From positions 1 through 43,133 of the forward strand of contig JAIRMM010000014.1 of assembly GCA_031258695.1 (NCBI GenBank): a stretch of 43,133 nucleotides of DNA, in the 5' to 3' direction. Of the stretch, positions 10,393 through 19,525 are shown in pieces. The translations under genes were made by a program, and so were the position numbers. The notes beneath the pieces were generated by a model that searched no databases, had not been told where the DNA came from, and saw only the letters and a program-made list of their open reading frames with translations. How positions within the stretch are numbered: the stretch's first letter is position 1; the number at the start of each line of letters is the position of its first letter. This DNA comes from Puniceicoccales bacterium. Its GTDB lineage: Bacteria; Verrucomicrobiota; Verrucomicrobiia; Opitutales; JAIRKQ01.

Positions 10393-11442
10393 TCATGCAA
10401 TGGTTATCGACTTGTCCAAGTAAACATCTTGGATGGCATTCAACAGGCTCACACCATCTTTCATGGGACGTTGGAAAGCCTTTCGTCCACAAATTAACCC
10501 AGATCCCCCAGCCCGCTTATTGATAACAGCCGTTTCAACCGCCTCATGGAAGTCATTGGCCCCCGAAGCTCCTCCCGAATTTATTAGCCCGGCCCGGCCC
10601 ATGTAGCAATTCGCCAGTTGGTAACGGGTTAAATCTATTGGATTATCGCTCGTTAATTCCGAGTAAACCTTGTCGTGGGTTTTCCCAAATTTCAATGCCC
10701 TGAAGCCTCCATTGTTTGTCGGTAACTTTTGTTTGATTATGTCGGCTTCAATCGTCACACCCAGGTGATTTGCTTGACCCGTCAGGTCAGCGCTTGTGTG
10801 ATAGTCTTTGTCGGCATTGAACGCATTATTTCTTAGATAGCACCAAAGAATTGTTGCCATGCCGAGCTCGTGGGCTAGCTGAAATGCTTCCGTCGTCTCC
10901 TGTATCTGGCGTGTGGATTCTTCGGACCCGAAATAAATTGTGGCCCCAATGGCCGCAGCTCCCATGTCGTAGGCCTGTTGAACATGGCCGAAGTAAATCT
11001 GGTCAAATTTATTGGGATATGTCAATAATTCATTGTGGTTCAATTTTACAACAAAAGGTATCTTGTGGGCGTATTTTCTAGAAACAATCCCGAGTACCCC
11101 CAATGTGGATGCTACGGCACTACAACCGCCCTCAATGGCTAATTTTACAATATTTTCAGGGTCAAAATATTCCGGGTTTGGGGCGAAGCTGGCAGCTGCC
11201 GAATGTTCGATACCTTGGTCTACGGGAAGGATCGAAATATAGCCTGTTCCTCCAAGGCGTCCCGTGCTGCGAATTCGCGATAGGCTGTTGAGAACGGCAA
11301 CCGACCTATCTGACTGTAAAAATATTTCGTTGATAAAATCCGGCCCCGGTAGGTGTAGTTTGGACTTGTCTATTGTTTTGCACCTGTGTTGGAGCAAGCC
11401 TGACCTATCATTTTTTTTAAATTCTTCCACATGTTTGTTCAT
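10393..11442 (-). CDS. fbaB: Class I fructose-bisphosphate aldolase (FbaB/DhnA type)
   Basis: [49 protein letters not shown] and [20 protein letters not shown]. Confidence 0.96.
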   Translation of the reverse strand: MNKHVEEFKKNDRSGLLQHRCKTIDKSKLHLPGPDFINEIFLQSDRSVAVLNSLSRIRSTGRLGGTGYISILPVDQGIEHSAAASFAPNPEYFDPENIVKLAIEGGCSAVASTLGVLGIVSRKYAHKIPFVVKLNHNELLTYPNKFDQIYFGHVQQAYDMGAAAIGATIYFGSEESTRQIQETTEAFQLAHELGMATILWCYLRNNAFNADKDYHTSADLTGQANHLGVTIEADIIKQKLPTNNGGFRALKFGKTHDKVYSELTSDNPIDLTRYQLANCYMGRAGLINSGGASGANDFHEAVETAVINKRAGGSGLICGRKAFQRPMKDGVSLLNAIQDVYLDKSITIA

Positions 11443-11585
11443 AGATATTCCTTAACGTTGCTACCATTTTTAGAATTTTTGTAAAAAAGGCAATGGATTT
11501 ATTGCGACCTAGCCGGGAAATCTGAAACGTTGGAAGTAAATCCATTGTTTTATTTGTCCTCCGAATTAATTTTTTTGTTAAAAAT

Positions 11586-11638
11586 TTGACATTATAAATA
11601 ATAGGGCTACCATCGGTAAAATTTTTTCAAAAAGGAGG
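11586..11638 (+). promoter_or_regulatory. Sigma70-like promoter and strong Shine-Dalgarno (SD) for ORF 11644
   Basis: TTGACA 11586-11591, 16-bp spacer, TACCAT 11608-11613; AGGAGG 11633-11638, 5 nt before the ATG. Confidence 0.6.
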
Positions 11639-11643
11639 AATAA

Positions 11644-12144
11644 ATGGACATTTACACTGAAGAAACCCACCGACCGACAGGGACCTATGGGGTACCTGGT
11701 CAATTTGTGGAACCGGCGGATGAACCGGTTTCGGAAATGGGAGGAGTAATTTGGACATCGAGAGCCGTGAGACAAATGCAGGGACTACGAGCAATTGCCC
11801 ATGAATATGAAGCTGAAATTGCCGAAAGACCATTGGGAGAAAGAGAAGTCACCCTTGTTGTTGACGGCCAACTGATTAACGGCCAATTTGTTGTTGACAA
11901 CGTAGAGGCGCGAAACCACCTAAGTGGTCTACAAGCAACGGCTGTGCAGGGATCCAAGTGGGGAAAAATGATCATCGGTGCTGCTGGACTGGCACTAGGA
12001 GTGATATTGCAAGTACAAGGTAGTAACTATGACGCAGCCGCCTATGGGGTTGCATTGGCCTTGATTGTATCGTCCCTGGAAAATATTTTTATAGACAAGA
12101 TCAAAAAGCCTGATCCTGCCTTGAGAGGAGAATATCGGGCATGA
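11644..12144 (+). CDS. Hypothetical membrane protein with a C-terminal hydrophobic hairpin (Inc-like effector candidate)
   Basis: Has its own promoter and SD. Two hydrophobic segments, MIIGAAGLALGVILQV and AAAYGVALALIVSSL, are joined by a 6-aa loop; no signal peptide. Confidence 0.75.
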   Translation: MDIYTEETHRPTGTYGVPGQFVEPADEPVSEMGGVIWTSRAVRQMQGLRAIAHEYEAEIAERPLGEREVTLVVDGQLINGQFVVDNVEARNHLSGLQATAVQGSKWGKMIIGAAGLALGVILQVQGSNYDAAAYGVALALIVSSLENIFIDKIKKPDPALRGEYRA

Positions 12145-12259
12145 TACGCAAAGGCGTGGGCGGAAAGTTTGTTCCCAATTGTGTTGATGGCGTCTAGGAC
12201 AAGGCATAAACCGATGGCAAAGGGTACGTGGTATCCTCTCTTTGTCAGTCCGGCAACCT

Positions 12260-12925
12260 TCAATTGAGGTATGGGTTATTTTTTTCCTTCAAAATGGTTG
12301 TAAATTTTCCATGGCCGGGGATAACCGTCGTATGTTGGGGCAATGTCAAAAGTTTTTCCTTTATTCCGGAAATCAGTAACGATTCATTGCCACCCGGCAA
12401 ATCAGATCTTCCAATGTTATTCTTGAATAATGTATCGCCCGTAAATACACATTCCAGTGCTTTGATATAAAATGCCAAATCCCCGGGAGAATGCCCCGGC
12501 ACCCATCGGCAAAAAATTTCCAGCCACCCGTTGACGTTGATCGTATGGTTATCTTCTATTTCAACATCGATTTTGCAGGGAATAAGGTTCATGTTCGATC
12601 CGCCAATCATTGCCACCAATTCCGGGTGTTCAATCAATAGTTTGTCCAGCCCATGGGCATAGGTTTGTGCTCCCAAATTTTTAAACACATGGCCGTCGCC
12701 CACGTGGTCCCAGTGGCCATGGGTAAATAAGACGGCGACCACTTTTGTGTCCGGCAGAAGCATGTTTTTACTCGCTTCGAATGCTCCAAAGGGGGCATCG
12801 ATCAGCACAGCCTCGTGGCGCTTGGCGTTCTCAATGAATCCGACATTGTTTCCGATGGGACCACACTTTGTAACAAAGATTTGTACTTCTTCACCCGATG
12901 CGACTAAAAATTTTGACCTATGCAT
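12260..12925 (-). CDS. MBL-fold metallo-hydrolase (glyoxalase II/YcbL-like)
   Basis: THGHWDH, PGHSPG, FTGDTLF, GRSDLPGG and PGHG. Confidence 0.92.
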   Translation of the reverse strand: MHRSKFLVASGEEVQIFVTKCGPIGNNVGFIENAKRHEAVLIDAPFGAFEASKNMLLPDTKVVAVLFTHGHWDHVGDGHVFKNLGAQTYAHGLDKLLIEHPELVAMIGGSNMNLIPCKIDVEIEDNHTINVNGWLEIFCRWVPGHSPGDLAFYIKALECVFTGDTLFKNNIGRSDLPGGNESLLISGIKEKLLTLPQHTTVIPGHGKFTTILKEKNNPYLN

Positions 12926-12926
12926 T

Positions 12927-13553
12927 TTAAAAAATTTCCAGGATCACCTTATCTTCCAATTCTCTAATACCGGTGATTTCAGCAACAATACCGGTGATTT
13001 CAGCAACATTATGAGAATTCCACCCATTAGGCAATCCTAAATCATTGCCATAATCTCCACCCTTCAGGTAAAAAATTTTGCCCTTTGGTTTCAAAAGTTT
13101 TTTCGAATATTTCAAAAAATCGGCCAAATTTGTCACCGCCCGGCCGACAATTTTATCGAATTTATCGAAAAAGTCTTCGGCCCGAATGTTTACCGTTTTC
13201 ACGTTCTGCAGGTTGAGTCTTCTTAGCATATCGTTCACCGCCATGATCTTTTTCCCGACAGAATCCATCAGTGTAAAACTAGTTTCACGGCAAACAATGG
13301 CCAACGGAATCCCGGGAAGACCACCTCCGGTCCCGATGTCCAAAACATCTTCGCCTTTGGTAAAATTTCCAACCGTGGAAATTGACAGGCTGGGAATGAT
13401 GTGATGGCCGATAACATTTTGAATATCTTTCCTTGAAACGAGGTTAATTTTTTCATTCCACTCACCCAGTAATTTGGAATATTCTACCAGCTGATGTAAT
13501 TGGCTTTCTTCCAGCCGGGGGAAAATTTTTGCGATTAAACTTTCATCTGCCAT
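12927..13553 (-). CDS. rsmG: 16S rRNA m7G527 methyltransferase
   Basis: WNEKINLVSRKD, VLDIGTGGGLPGIPLAI, DSVGKK, RAV and YLKG. Confidence 0.95.
   Translation of the reverse strand: MADESLIAKIFPRLEESQLHQLVEYSKLLGEWNEKINLVSRKDIQNVIGHHIIPSLSISTVGNFTKGEDVLDIGTGGGLPGIPLAIVCRETSFTLMDSVGKKIMAVNDMLRRLNLQNVKTVNIRAEDFFDKFDKIVGRAVTNLADFLKYSKKLLKPKGKIFYLKGGDYGNDLGLPNGWNSHNVAEITGIVAEITGIRELEDKVILEIF
12966..13007. repeat. Perfect 2 x 21-bp tandem duplication in the 3' end of rsmG
   Basis: AATACCGGTGATTTCAGCAAC at 12966-12986 and 12987-13007, encoding VAEITGI twice. Confidence 0.95.
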
Positions 13554-13596
13554 GAATTACAAGTAATTACTTCTTCCAGACCTTCCAGACCATTTC

Positions 13597-14406
13597 TCAG
13601 AAAAATTCATCGAGCGCTTTCCACCCTTGCATGGAGATTTCTTCGGGCCGTAGGTGTGCGGCAATTTTGCATTCCGACAGCCAACTTTGCAATTCAACGC
13701 ATCCGTCCTTGCCGATTCCTCCCATTTGTTTTCTTCTTTTTGTAAAAATCCACCTGATGGTCTGTTTCGTCCTTGGTTTAAAAAGGAACGGGTTTTGCTT
13801 TTTTACCATTGACACCATGACCGATGACACCATCGGCTCTGGATAGAATGAGTCTGCAGCCACCCTATGCATGGAAACCCTATCATAGGCCGATTGGATG
13901 AAAATTGAAATGGGACAGATTTCCGAAGGCCTGATGGAGGCAAAAAACCTCTGTGCCGTTTCGGCTTGGGTGATTAAATCTATGCTCTGTGGCAAATGGT
14001 AACATTCCAAAAGAGCGCTTATCCAGGTGGATGAAATCGAATAGGGTAGGTTGGAAACCACTTTAAAAGTGCCTATATTTTGTGGCAATCCGGCCATCGG
14101 AAAATCCACCGCATTGCCATGCATCAGCTGTAAATTACTGTAATTTACAAATTTGGATTTTAGAAAATTGAAAAGGCGCCTGTCCAATTCAATGGCGAAC
14201 AATTTGGCTCCGACCTTTAAAATTTTTTCTGACAGTGCTCCAAGCCCCGGACCAATCTCAACGACCACATCACCATCCCCCACATCCGAAATTGCCACAA
14301 CTTTATCGACCACATTGCCATCGACTAAAAAGTTTTGACCAAGTTTTTTGGAGGGAATTATTTTGAGGTTTTTTAAATCGAGCAGCGTTTGCTTTAATAG
14401 CGACAT
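13597..14406 (-). CDS. rsmA: 16S rRNA adenine dimethyltransferase (KsgA)
   Basis: PSKKLGQNFLVD, VVEIGPGLGALS, AIELD, VSNLPYSISS, RRKQM and RPEEIS. Start moved to ATG 14406 (MSLLKQ) to avoid overlap with sctU. Confidence 0.93.
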   Translation of the reverse strand: MSLLKQTLLDLKNLKIIPSKKLGQNFLVDGNVVDKVVAISDVGDGDVVVEIGPGLGALSEKILKVGAKLFAIELDRRLFNFLKSKFVNYSNLQLMHGNAVDFPMAGLPQNIGTFKVVSNLPYSISSTWISALLECYHLPQSIDLITQAETAQRFFASIRPSEICPISIFIQSAYDRVSMHRVAADSFYPEPMVSSVMVSMVKKQNPFLFKPRTKQTIRWIFTKRRKQMGGIGKDGCVELQSWLSECKIAAHLRPEEISMQGWKALDEFF

Positions 14407-14467
14407 TGGCTTGGTTGATGATTTATTATTTAATACCTTGGGAACCATAGTTTCCAACGTCGAAAAA

Positions 14468-15553
14468 TTACCAGGATTCACCTTCAAGCCCCATGCCCTG
14501 CTCATGCTGTTCCTTCATTTCATATACCCAACGCAGCACCTCAGCCACCGGCTCGATTAGTTCCGTGGGAATGAAAGTCATCACCTCTCCAACATCCATG
14601 AGAGAGTGTGCCAGTGGTACGTTGCGCATGATTGGAATATTATTCTCCCGGGCCACCCGTATCATTTCCTCTGCGATGGCTCCCTGCCCAGTCGCCAAAA
14701 TGATGGGCAAAGAAGATCCTTTGCTTTTCATGTTATAGTATACGGCTACGGCAATATGTTCGGGGTTTGTTATCAACACGCTGGATTGTTTTGTCCTACG
14801 TGGAGCATCCTGTTCGATCATTTCGCGGTGTAGCTGTTTTCGTTTTCCCTTAATTTGCGGATCTCCTTCCATTTCCTTGTACTCCCGTTTTACCTCATCC
14901 TTGGACATTTTCATTTTACTCATAAAATTTCGCTTTTGGAAGACAAAATCTATACACGCAACCACAACGTATGCAAAGATCACATTGTATGCAAATCGTT
15001 TCATTATTGGTCCCAGAATGTTGATCACTCCCGAGAGACCATAGAATGGTAACAGAAGCAAATCTCGAATTAGATTCTTTATGACCATGTAGATCAATAT
15101 GCCCAAAAATATTATTTTTAAGGCCGATTTCAAAAATTCGAAAAGGTTTTTTTTAGAAAAAATCTGTTTAATTTTTTCCGCAGGATTAAGTTTTTTTATA
15201 TCTGGTTTTACCGTTTCGAAGGTGAGCAGAAAACCAATTTGAGCACAATTTGCAACCACAGCCATAACCATGCAAATCCCGAGGGCAGGCAGTATGATGC
15301 TAATCATTTGTTTAAAAACCCCAGCAACAACGTTGGAATAGGCCATTTTAAAATCTTCCGACAGGTAGCCTATGGGAAACACGAGCATGTTTCCTATGGC
15401 TTTCACGTGACTGGACCATCCAAGACCCACGTATGCATACAGGCCTATTAGCAGGGATGTGGAAACCACATCCGTACTTTTAGACACCTGGCCTTTTTTT
15501 CTAGCATCCCGCAGCTTTTTCGGCGTGGGCATTTCTGTTTTTTCACCACTCAT
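14468..15553 (-). CDS. sctU: Type III secretion export switch protein, YscU/EscU family
   Basis: MSGEKTEMPTPKKLRDARKKGQV, MKMSKDEVKREYKEMEGDPQIK, autocleavage site NPEH and IPTELIEPVAEVLRW. Closer to YscU than to FlhB by recalled motifs. Confidence 0.92.
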   Translation of the reverse strand: MSGEKTEMPTPKKLRDARKKGQVSKSTDVVSTSLLIGLYAYVGLGWSSHVKAIGNMLVFPIGYLSEDFKMAYSNVVAGVFKQMISIILPALGICMVMAVVANCAQIGFLLTFETVKPDIKKLNPAEKIKQIFSKKNLFEFLKSALKIIFLGILIYMVIKNLIRDLLLLPFYGLSGVINILGPIMKRFAYNVIFAYVVVACIDFVFQKRNFMSKMKMSKDEVKREYKEMEGDPQIKGKRKQLHREMIEQDAPRRTKQSSVLITNPEHIAVAVYYNMKSKGSSLPIILATGQGAIAEEMIRVARENNIPIMRNVPLAHSLMDVGEVMTFIPTELIEPVAEVLRWVYEMKEQHEQGMGLEGESW

Positions 15554-16342
15554 CTATCTAACAAAAATTTTAACAAATTCCGCAAGTTTACTTCTGGACG
15601 TAAAATACAATTCGAAGAAGTGATTCAATAGGGACAAATACATAAACAAAAACATCATGGACAGCCAACTTTTTACCGGCATTGCTAGGAAGAAAACATT
15701 AAGTTGGGGAGCAAATCTGTTGACCATGCCAAGCCCAAATTCTGCCAGGAACAAAACTATCAATATGGGAGCTGCCAAGGAAAACATTATGGCCATCAAG
15801 TCCTTTACCAAATCCATAAAAAATACCGCAAACCCCACCTCAAACTTGGGGAAATATGAAAATACCGGCCACACTTGATAGGTCTTATATATGAGGTCCA
15901 GGAAAAATAAAAATCCACCGGAGGAAAAAAATGCCACCGACATCATTTGTATCAAGAAACTTCCCATGAGTGACGTTTGGGAACCCGCCATCGGGTCAAA
16001 TATCGTTGCCATCGATGCCCCCCGTTGAACATCGACCACAAAACCAACCCCTTCCGCCGTATAGAAAATAAAACTGGCGACAAACCCCAAAACAATCCCT
16101 ATGATAACCTCTTTTATCAGCAATCCGCCCATGCTTAGAACGGCAAATTCTCCCTGGGGAAGTGTTGGAAATACTAAACAAAACAATGGCAAAGACAGTG
16201 ACAATATGGTGACATTGCGTCCAGTTCCTACCACAAATTGGCGCGAAAAAAATGGAGCTACGGCCAACGACGCCCCCAATCGAGCCATTGCTATAATTAC
16301 CAATAGGCATGTACTTGATATTTCCTTTAGTGGCGTATTCAT
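15554..16342 (-). CDS. sctT: Type III secretion export apparatus subunit, YscT/EscT family
   Basis: Polytopic membrane protein with KEVIIG, VDVQRGASMA and LAEFGLGMVNRFAPQLNVFFLAMPVKS. Confidence 0.92.
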   Translation of the reverse strand: MNTPLKEISSTCLLVIIAMARLGASLAVAPFFSRQFVVGTGRNVTILSLSLPLFCLVFPTLPQGEFAVLSMGGLLIKEVIIGIVLGFVASFIFYTAEGVGFVVDVQRGASMATIFDPMAGSQTSLMGSFLIQMMSVAFFSSGGFLFFLDLIYKTYQVWPVFSYFPKFEVGFAVFFMDLVKDLMAIMFSLAAPILIVLFLAEFGLGMVNRFAPQLNVFFLAMPVKSWLSMMFLFMYLSLLNHFFELYFTSRSKLAEFVKIFVR

Positions 16343-16352
16343 AATCCACCTA

Positions 16353-16622
16353 TTACTTGGTTAACACCGGAAATTCATTGAATAGAAAGTTAGTGAATTC
16401 CAAAATTTCACCGCCTATCCAGTGACAGGTTAGGGCTAATACTACGATTACAAAGATCAATTTTACCGCAAATCCCAATGTCTGTTCCTGAACCTGAGTC
16501 AACGCTTGCAAGAGGCTGATGAACAGTCCTACTATCGTAGCTATCAAGATCGGAGGCATCGATAGAACCAACACCAAAATCATCGCCTTAGATGTTACAC
16601 TCAAAATAAATGACTCGTGCAT
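16353..16622 (-). CDS. sctS: Type III secretion export apparatus subunit, YscS/EscS family
   Basis: LSMPPILIATIVGLFISLLQALTQVQEQTLGFAVKL. Start at ATG 16622 gives 89 aa, the typical size. Confidence 0.92.
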   Translation of the reverse strand: MHESFILSVTSKAMILVLVLSMPPILIATIVGLFISLLQALTQVQEQTLGFAVKLIFVIVVLALTCHWIGGEILEFTNFLFNEFPVLTK

Positions 16623-16812
16623 AAGTTTAAAGTTATGCCATTTAAGCAAAAATTTTAGGATAAACAATCTTTTTTGAAATCTTTGATGTAAAACCCTCCC
16701 GTCTTCCGAATGGCTTCATTGCTAGGAAACAGATTCTTTGGGAAACCGATGGCATAGACTTTTTGGAAGATCGTTGGCTTTGCCTAGGGGTTGTGCCGTT
16801 GGCACACGCTGG

Positions 16813-17130
16813 TCACTTGGACGATTGGTTCTTAGCAATTTCGAGTTCTATAATTTTAAATTGGACGAACTTTCCCTTCGCTTTACCCGTTACCTCGCGA
16901 AAATATTCCATCGTAATTTCCTTGTCCACCCCATCGAATGTGTATTCGCAGTAAGTATCGATATCAAAATCAGACCGATCTTTTATAAAACCTTCAATTA
17001 TCTTTGTACGCTCAAGGTTTGTAAGTGCACCATAAAACTTACTTGCCACATTCTTTGAAGCAACGCACGTCGTTGTCCCCTTTGAAAAAATTTTTACCAC
17101 ATTGCTGTTATCCGTGCCACACATGACCAT
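16813..17130 (-). CDS. Hypothetical protein, 105 aa
   Basis: ATG-initiated ORF with globular-looking composition, co-oriented with sctSTU; no family recognised. Confidence 0.55.
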   Translation of the reverse strand: MVMCGTDNSNVVKIFSKGTTTCVASKNVASKFYGALTNLERTKIIEGFIKDRSDFDIDTYCEYTFDGVDKEITMEYFREVTGKAKGKFVQFKIIELEIAKNQSSK

Positions 17131-17417
17131 ATTCTTTTCCCGTTTGTGACTTTGAAAGTTAAAGCCGTCTTTCCATTAATTTCCTCTAAATTCAAAATCT
17201 TGTAAATGGTATATTTCAATCTGAAAACCCTTGCATTGTCAATAAAAAATTAGGATTTTTTGGTGGGTGCGAGAAAAATATCATCGGTAACGGCGATGAT
17301 AGTTGCCAAAAGGTCGGTTTGCCATGGGGTCTAAAAATTTAACGGAGGAATTATGCCATTTGCCAGGATTCGAATTGTCTTGAACTTTTAGCATATTCAC
17401 ATTTTTTCACCTAGGAA

Positions 17418-18572
17418 ATGACCTATAGCAGAGATAATCCATTTGCCGCACCTTTAAAATTTCGGAGAAGGTTGAATGGCCAGGCGAGCGATAAAAACGT
17501 CCAACATCTAATTTTCGATGTGGGCAACGGTGGCATATCCTACAAATGTGGCGATTCCATTGCTGTACTCCCAAAAAACAATGAAGGTGAAGTAGCCGAA
17601 ATTTTGCATTTGTTAAAAATAGCCCCCGAAACACAGGCTAAGCTCCCTTTCCTGGGGGAAAAAATATCGATTTTTTCTGCCCTAGGAGAATACCTTTGCA
17701 TAACCAATTTGCCCGATCAATTTTGGAAGTGGCTTGGAGAAATCGAAGCGGATTCCGACATGGGCTCATTCATTGGTGATAAAATACTCCGTCCCGATCC
17801 GGAATGTCAGGTTTTGGCAAAATCATATTCACTGTTGGAGATTTTAAAAAAATTCGATGGACACTGCAAAGTGGAACCAGACGAATTGGTATCCAAGCTA
17901 CGCCGTTTGATGCCGCGGTTATATTCCATTGCATCATCCCCCCTCCCTAACCGAGATGAAATACACATTGTCGTTGGGGTTGTTAGCTATGTAAATGCCA
18001 TCGGAAATAAGAGGAATGGCATCGCATCAAACTATTTGGCCCACGATGCAAATATTGGGGAAGGTATTAGGATTTTTGTGGTAAATTCCATGTTCGCATT
18101 GCCGACAAATGCCGAATCAAACATCATAATGGTTGGCCCGGGAACTGGAATTGCGCCGTTTAGGGGTTTTTTACAGGAGAGACAATGGGTGGTGAACAAA
18201 GGTGGTAAAGTCGGGAAAAGTTGGTTGTTTTTCGGTGACAGAAATCGCGGGACGGATTTTTTATTTGAGGAAGAATTGCAAACTTTTAAAGATTCTGGTA
18301 TTTTGACAAACCTGGATTTGGCCTTTTCGAGGGATCAGGAAAATAAAATATACGTTCAGGATAGAATTTGGGAACATCGCAAGGAACTCTGGTCGTGGAT
18401 TTCCAATGGAGCCCATGTTTACATCTGCGGCAATGCATCTAAAATGGCCGTGGACGTCGAAAATACCCTAAAAAAAATAGCCATGGAACTTGGAAACTTT
18501 ACCGAAGATGAGACCAATGCTTTTTTTAAATCCCTAAAGGACAATCGACGCTATCAAAAGGATGTCTATTAA
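17418..18572 (+). CDS. CysJ-like FAD/NADPH oxidoreductase lacking the FMN flavodoxin domain
   Basis: PRLYSIASSP, GIASNYL, IMVGPGTGIAPFRGFLQER, WLFFG, AFSRDQENKIYVQ, YICGNASKMAVDV and RYQKDVY; only 384 aa. Confidence 0.9.
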   Translation: MTYSRDNPFAAPLKFRRRLNGQASDKNVQHLIFDVGNGGISYKCGDSIAVLPKNNEGEVAEILHLLKIAPETQAKLPFLGEKISIFSALGEYLCITNLPDQFWKWLGEIEADSDMGSFIGDKILRPDPECQVLAKSYSLLEILKKFDGHCKVEPDELVSKLRRLMPRLYSIASSPLPNRDEIHIVVGVVSYVNAIGNKRNGIASNYLAHDANIGEGIRIFVVNSMFALPTNAESNIIMVGPGTGIAPFRGFLQERQWVVNKGGKVGKSWLFFGDRNRGTDFLFEEELQTFKDSGILTNLDLAFSRDQENKIYVQDRIWEHRKELWSWISNGAHVYICGNASKMAVDVENTLKKIAMELGNFTEDETNAFFKSLKDNRRYQKDVY

Positions 18573-18610
18573 CATTAGCTGCCCCTAACGTCGATGGATC
18601 GGCTCCCTTG

Positions 18611-19525
18611 CTAAAATTTATCCCGCTGGTGAAACTTTCTATAGTCGGACATTAGGCGCTTCCTGTCGACGGCCGTATAAATTTGGGTAGTGGAAATATC
18701 CGCATGGCCGAGCATCTCCTGTATGGAACGCAAATCTGCTCCATTTTCCAATAGGTGTGTGGCAAAGGAATGGCGTAGGGTGTGGGGAGTTACGGATTTT
18801 TCTATCCCCGCCAGTTTTATGTATTTTTTTAGATGCATCCACACGGTTTTCCTGGATAATTTACGGCCCCTTATCCCTATGAAAAACGTGCTATCCGTTT
18901 TAGATTTTACGAATTTTGGACGTGCGACGGTTAGGTACCGCTCCAGTTTTGATTTGGCAATGGATCCAAAGGGAACACTCCTTTCCTTTGCCCCCTTGCC
19001 ATATACCCTCAAAAAGCAGTTTTCAAAATCGATGGCCTGAATTTTAATATCACACAATTCGGACACTCTCAGTCCGCTGCTGTAAATCAGTTCGAACATT
19101 GCACTGTCCCGCATGGCCAGTGGAGATTTTTCTCCGTCTAACTCCAAGATTTTTGCCACCTCCTCCGATGTCAATGTATCCGGTAGTTTTCGCATGCAGC
19201 GGGGACGTTTCAATTGCTTGGCAACGTCTAAATTTGCCATGTTTCGGGATTTGGCAAATTTGGAAAATGACCGCAGGGCGGACAACTTCCTCGCCACCGT
19301 GGCCGACGAACATCCGGATTTATCCAGGAACGTTAGCCATTGGCGCAGTATTTCCAATGAAACCTCTGACCAGCTTTTTAGGGCATGTTTCGAAAAAAAG
19401 TCTAGGAGGGTTAATAGGTCATTTTCGTAGCTGGCTACGGTGTTTTTGCTACTTCCCTTTTCCAATTCCAGGTGTACGAGGAAGGCATCGATATCCTCTT
19501 TCAAAACTGATGCCGTTTCATCCAT
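18611..19525 (-). CDS. xerD: Tyrosine recombinase XerD
   Basis: NTVASYENDL, ARKLSALRSF, LIYSSGLRVSEL, GKGAKER and TPHTLRHSFATHLLENGADLRSIQEMLGHADISTTQIYT. Confidence 0.9.
   Translation of the reverse strand: MDETASVLKEDIDAFLVHLELEKGSSKNTVASYENDLLTLLDFFSKHALKSWSEVSLEILRQWLTFLDKSGCSSATVARKLSALRSFSKFAKSRNMANLDVAKQLKRPRCMRKLPDTLTSEEVAKILELDGEKSPLAMRDSAMFELIYSSGLRVSELCDIKIQAIDFENCFLRVYGKGAKERSVPFGSIAKSKLERYLTVARPKFVKSKTDSTFFIGIRGRKLSRKTVWMHLKKYIKLAGIEKSVTPHTLRHSFATHLLENGADLRSIQEMLGHADISTTQIYTAVDRKRLMSDYRKFHQRDKF

Noticed and set aside
14468-16622. Flagellar fliQ-fliR-flhB interpretation
   Set aside because: Signature residues fit YscS/T/U better, and no flagellar genes flank the cassette; a phylogeny is still needed to exclude it fully.
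18611-19525. xerD as a mobile-element integrase
   Set aside because: It has a canonical chromosomal XerD sequence, overlaps dnaX and has no cargo or att context.
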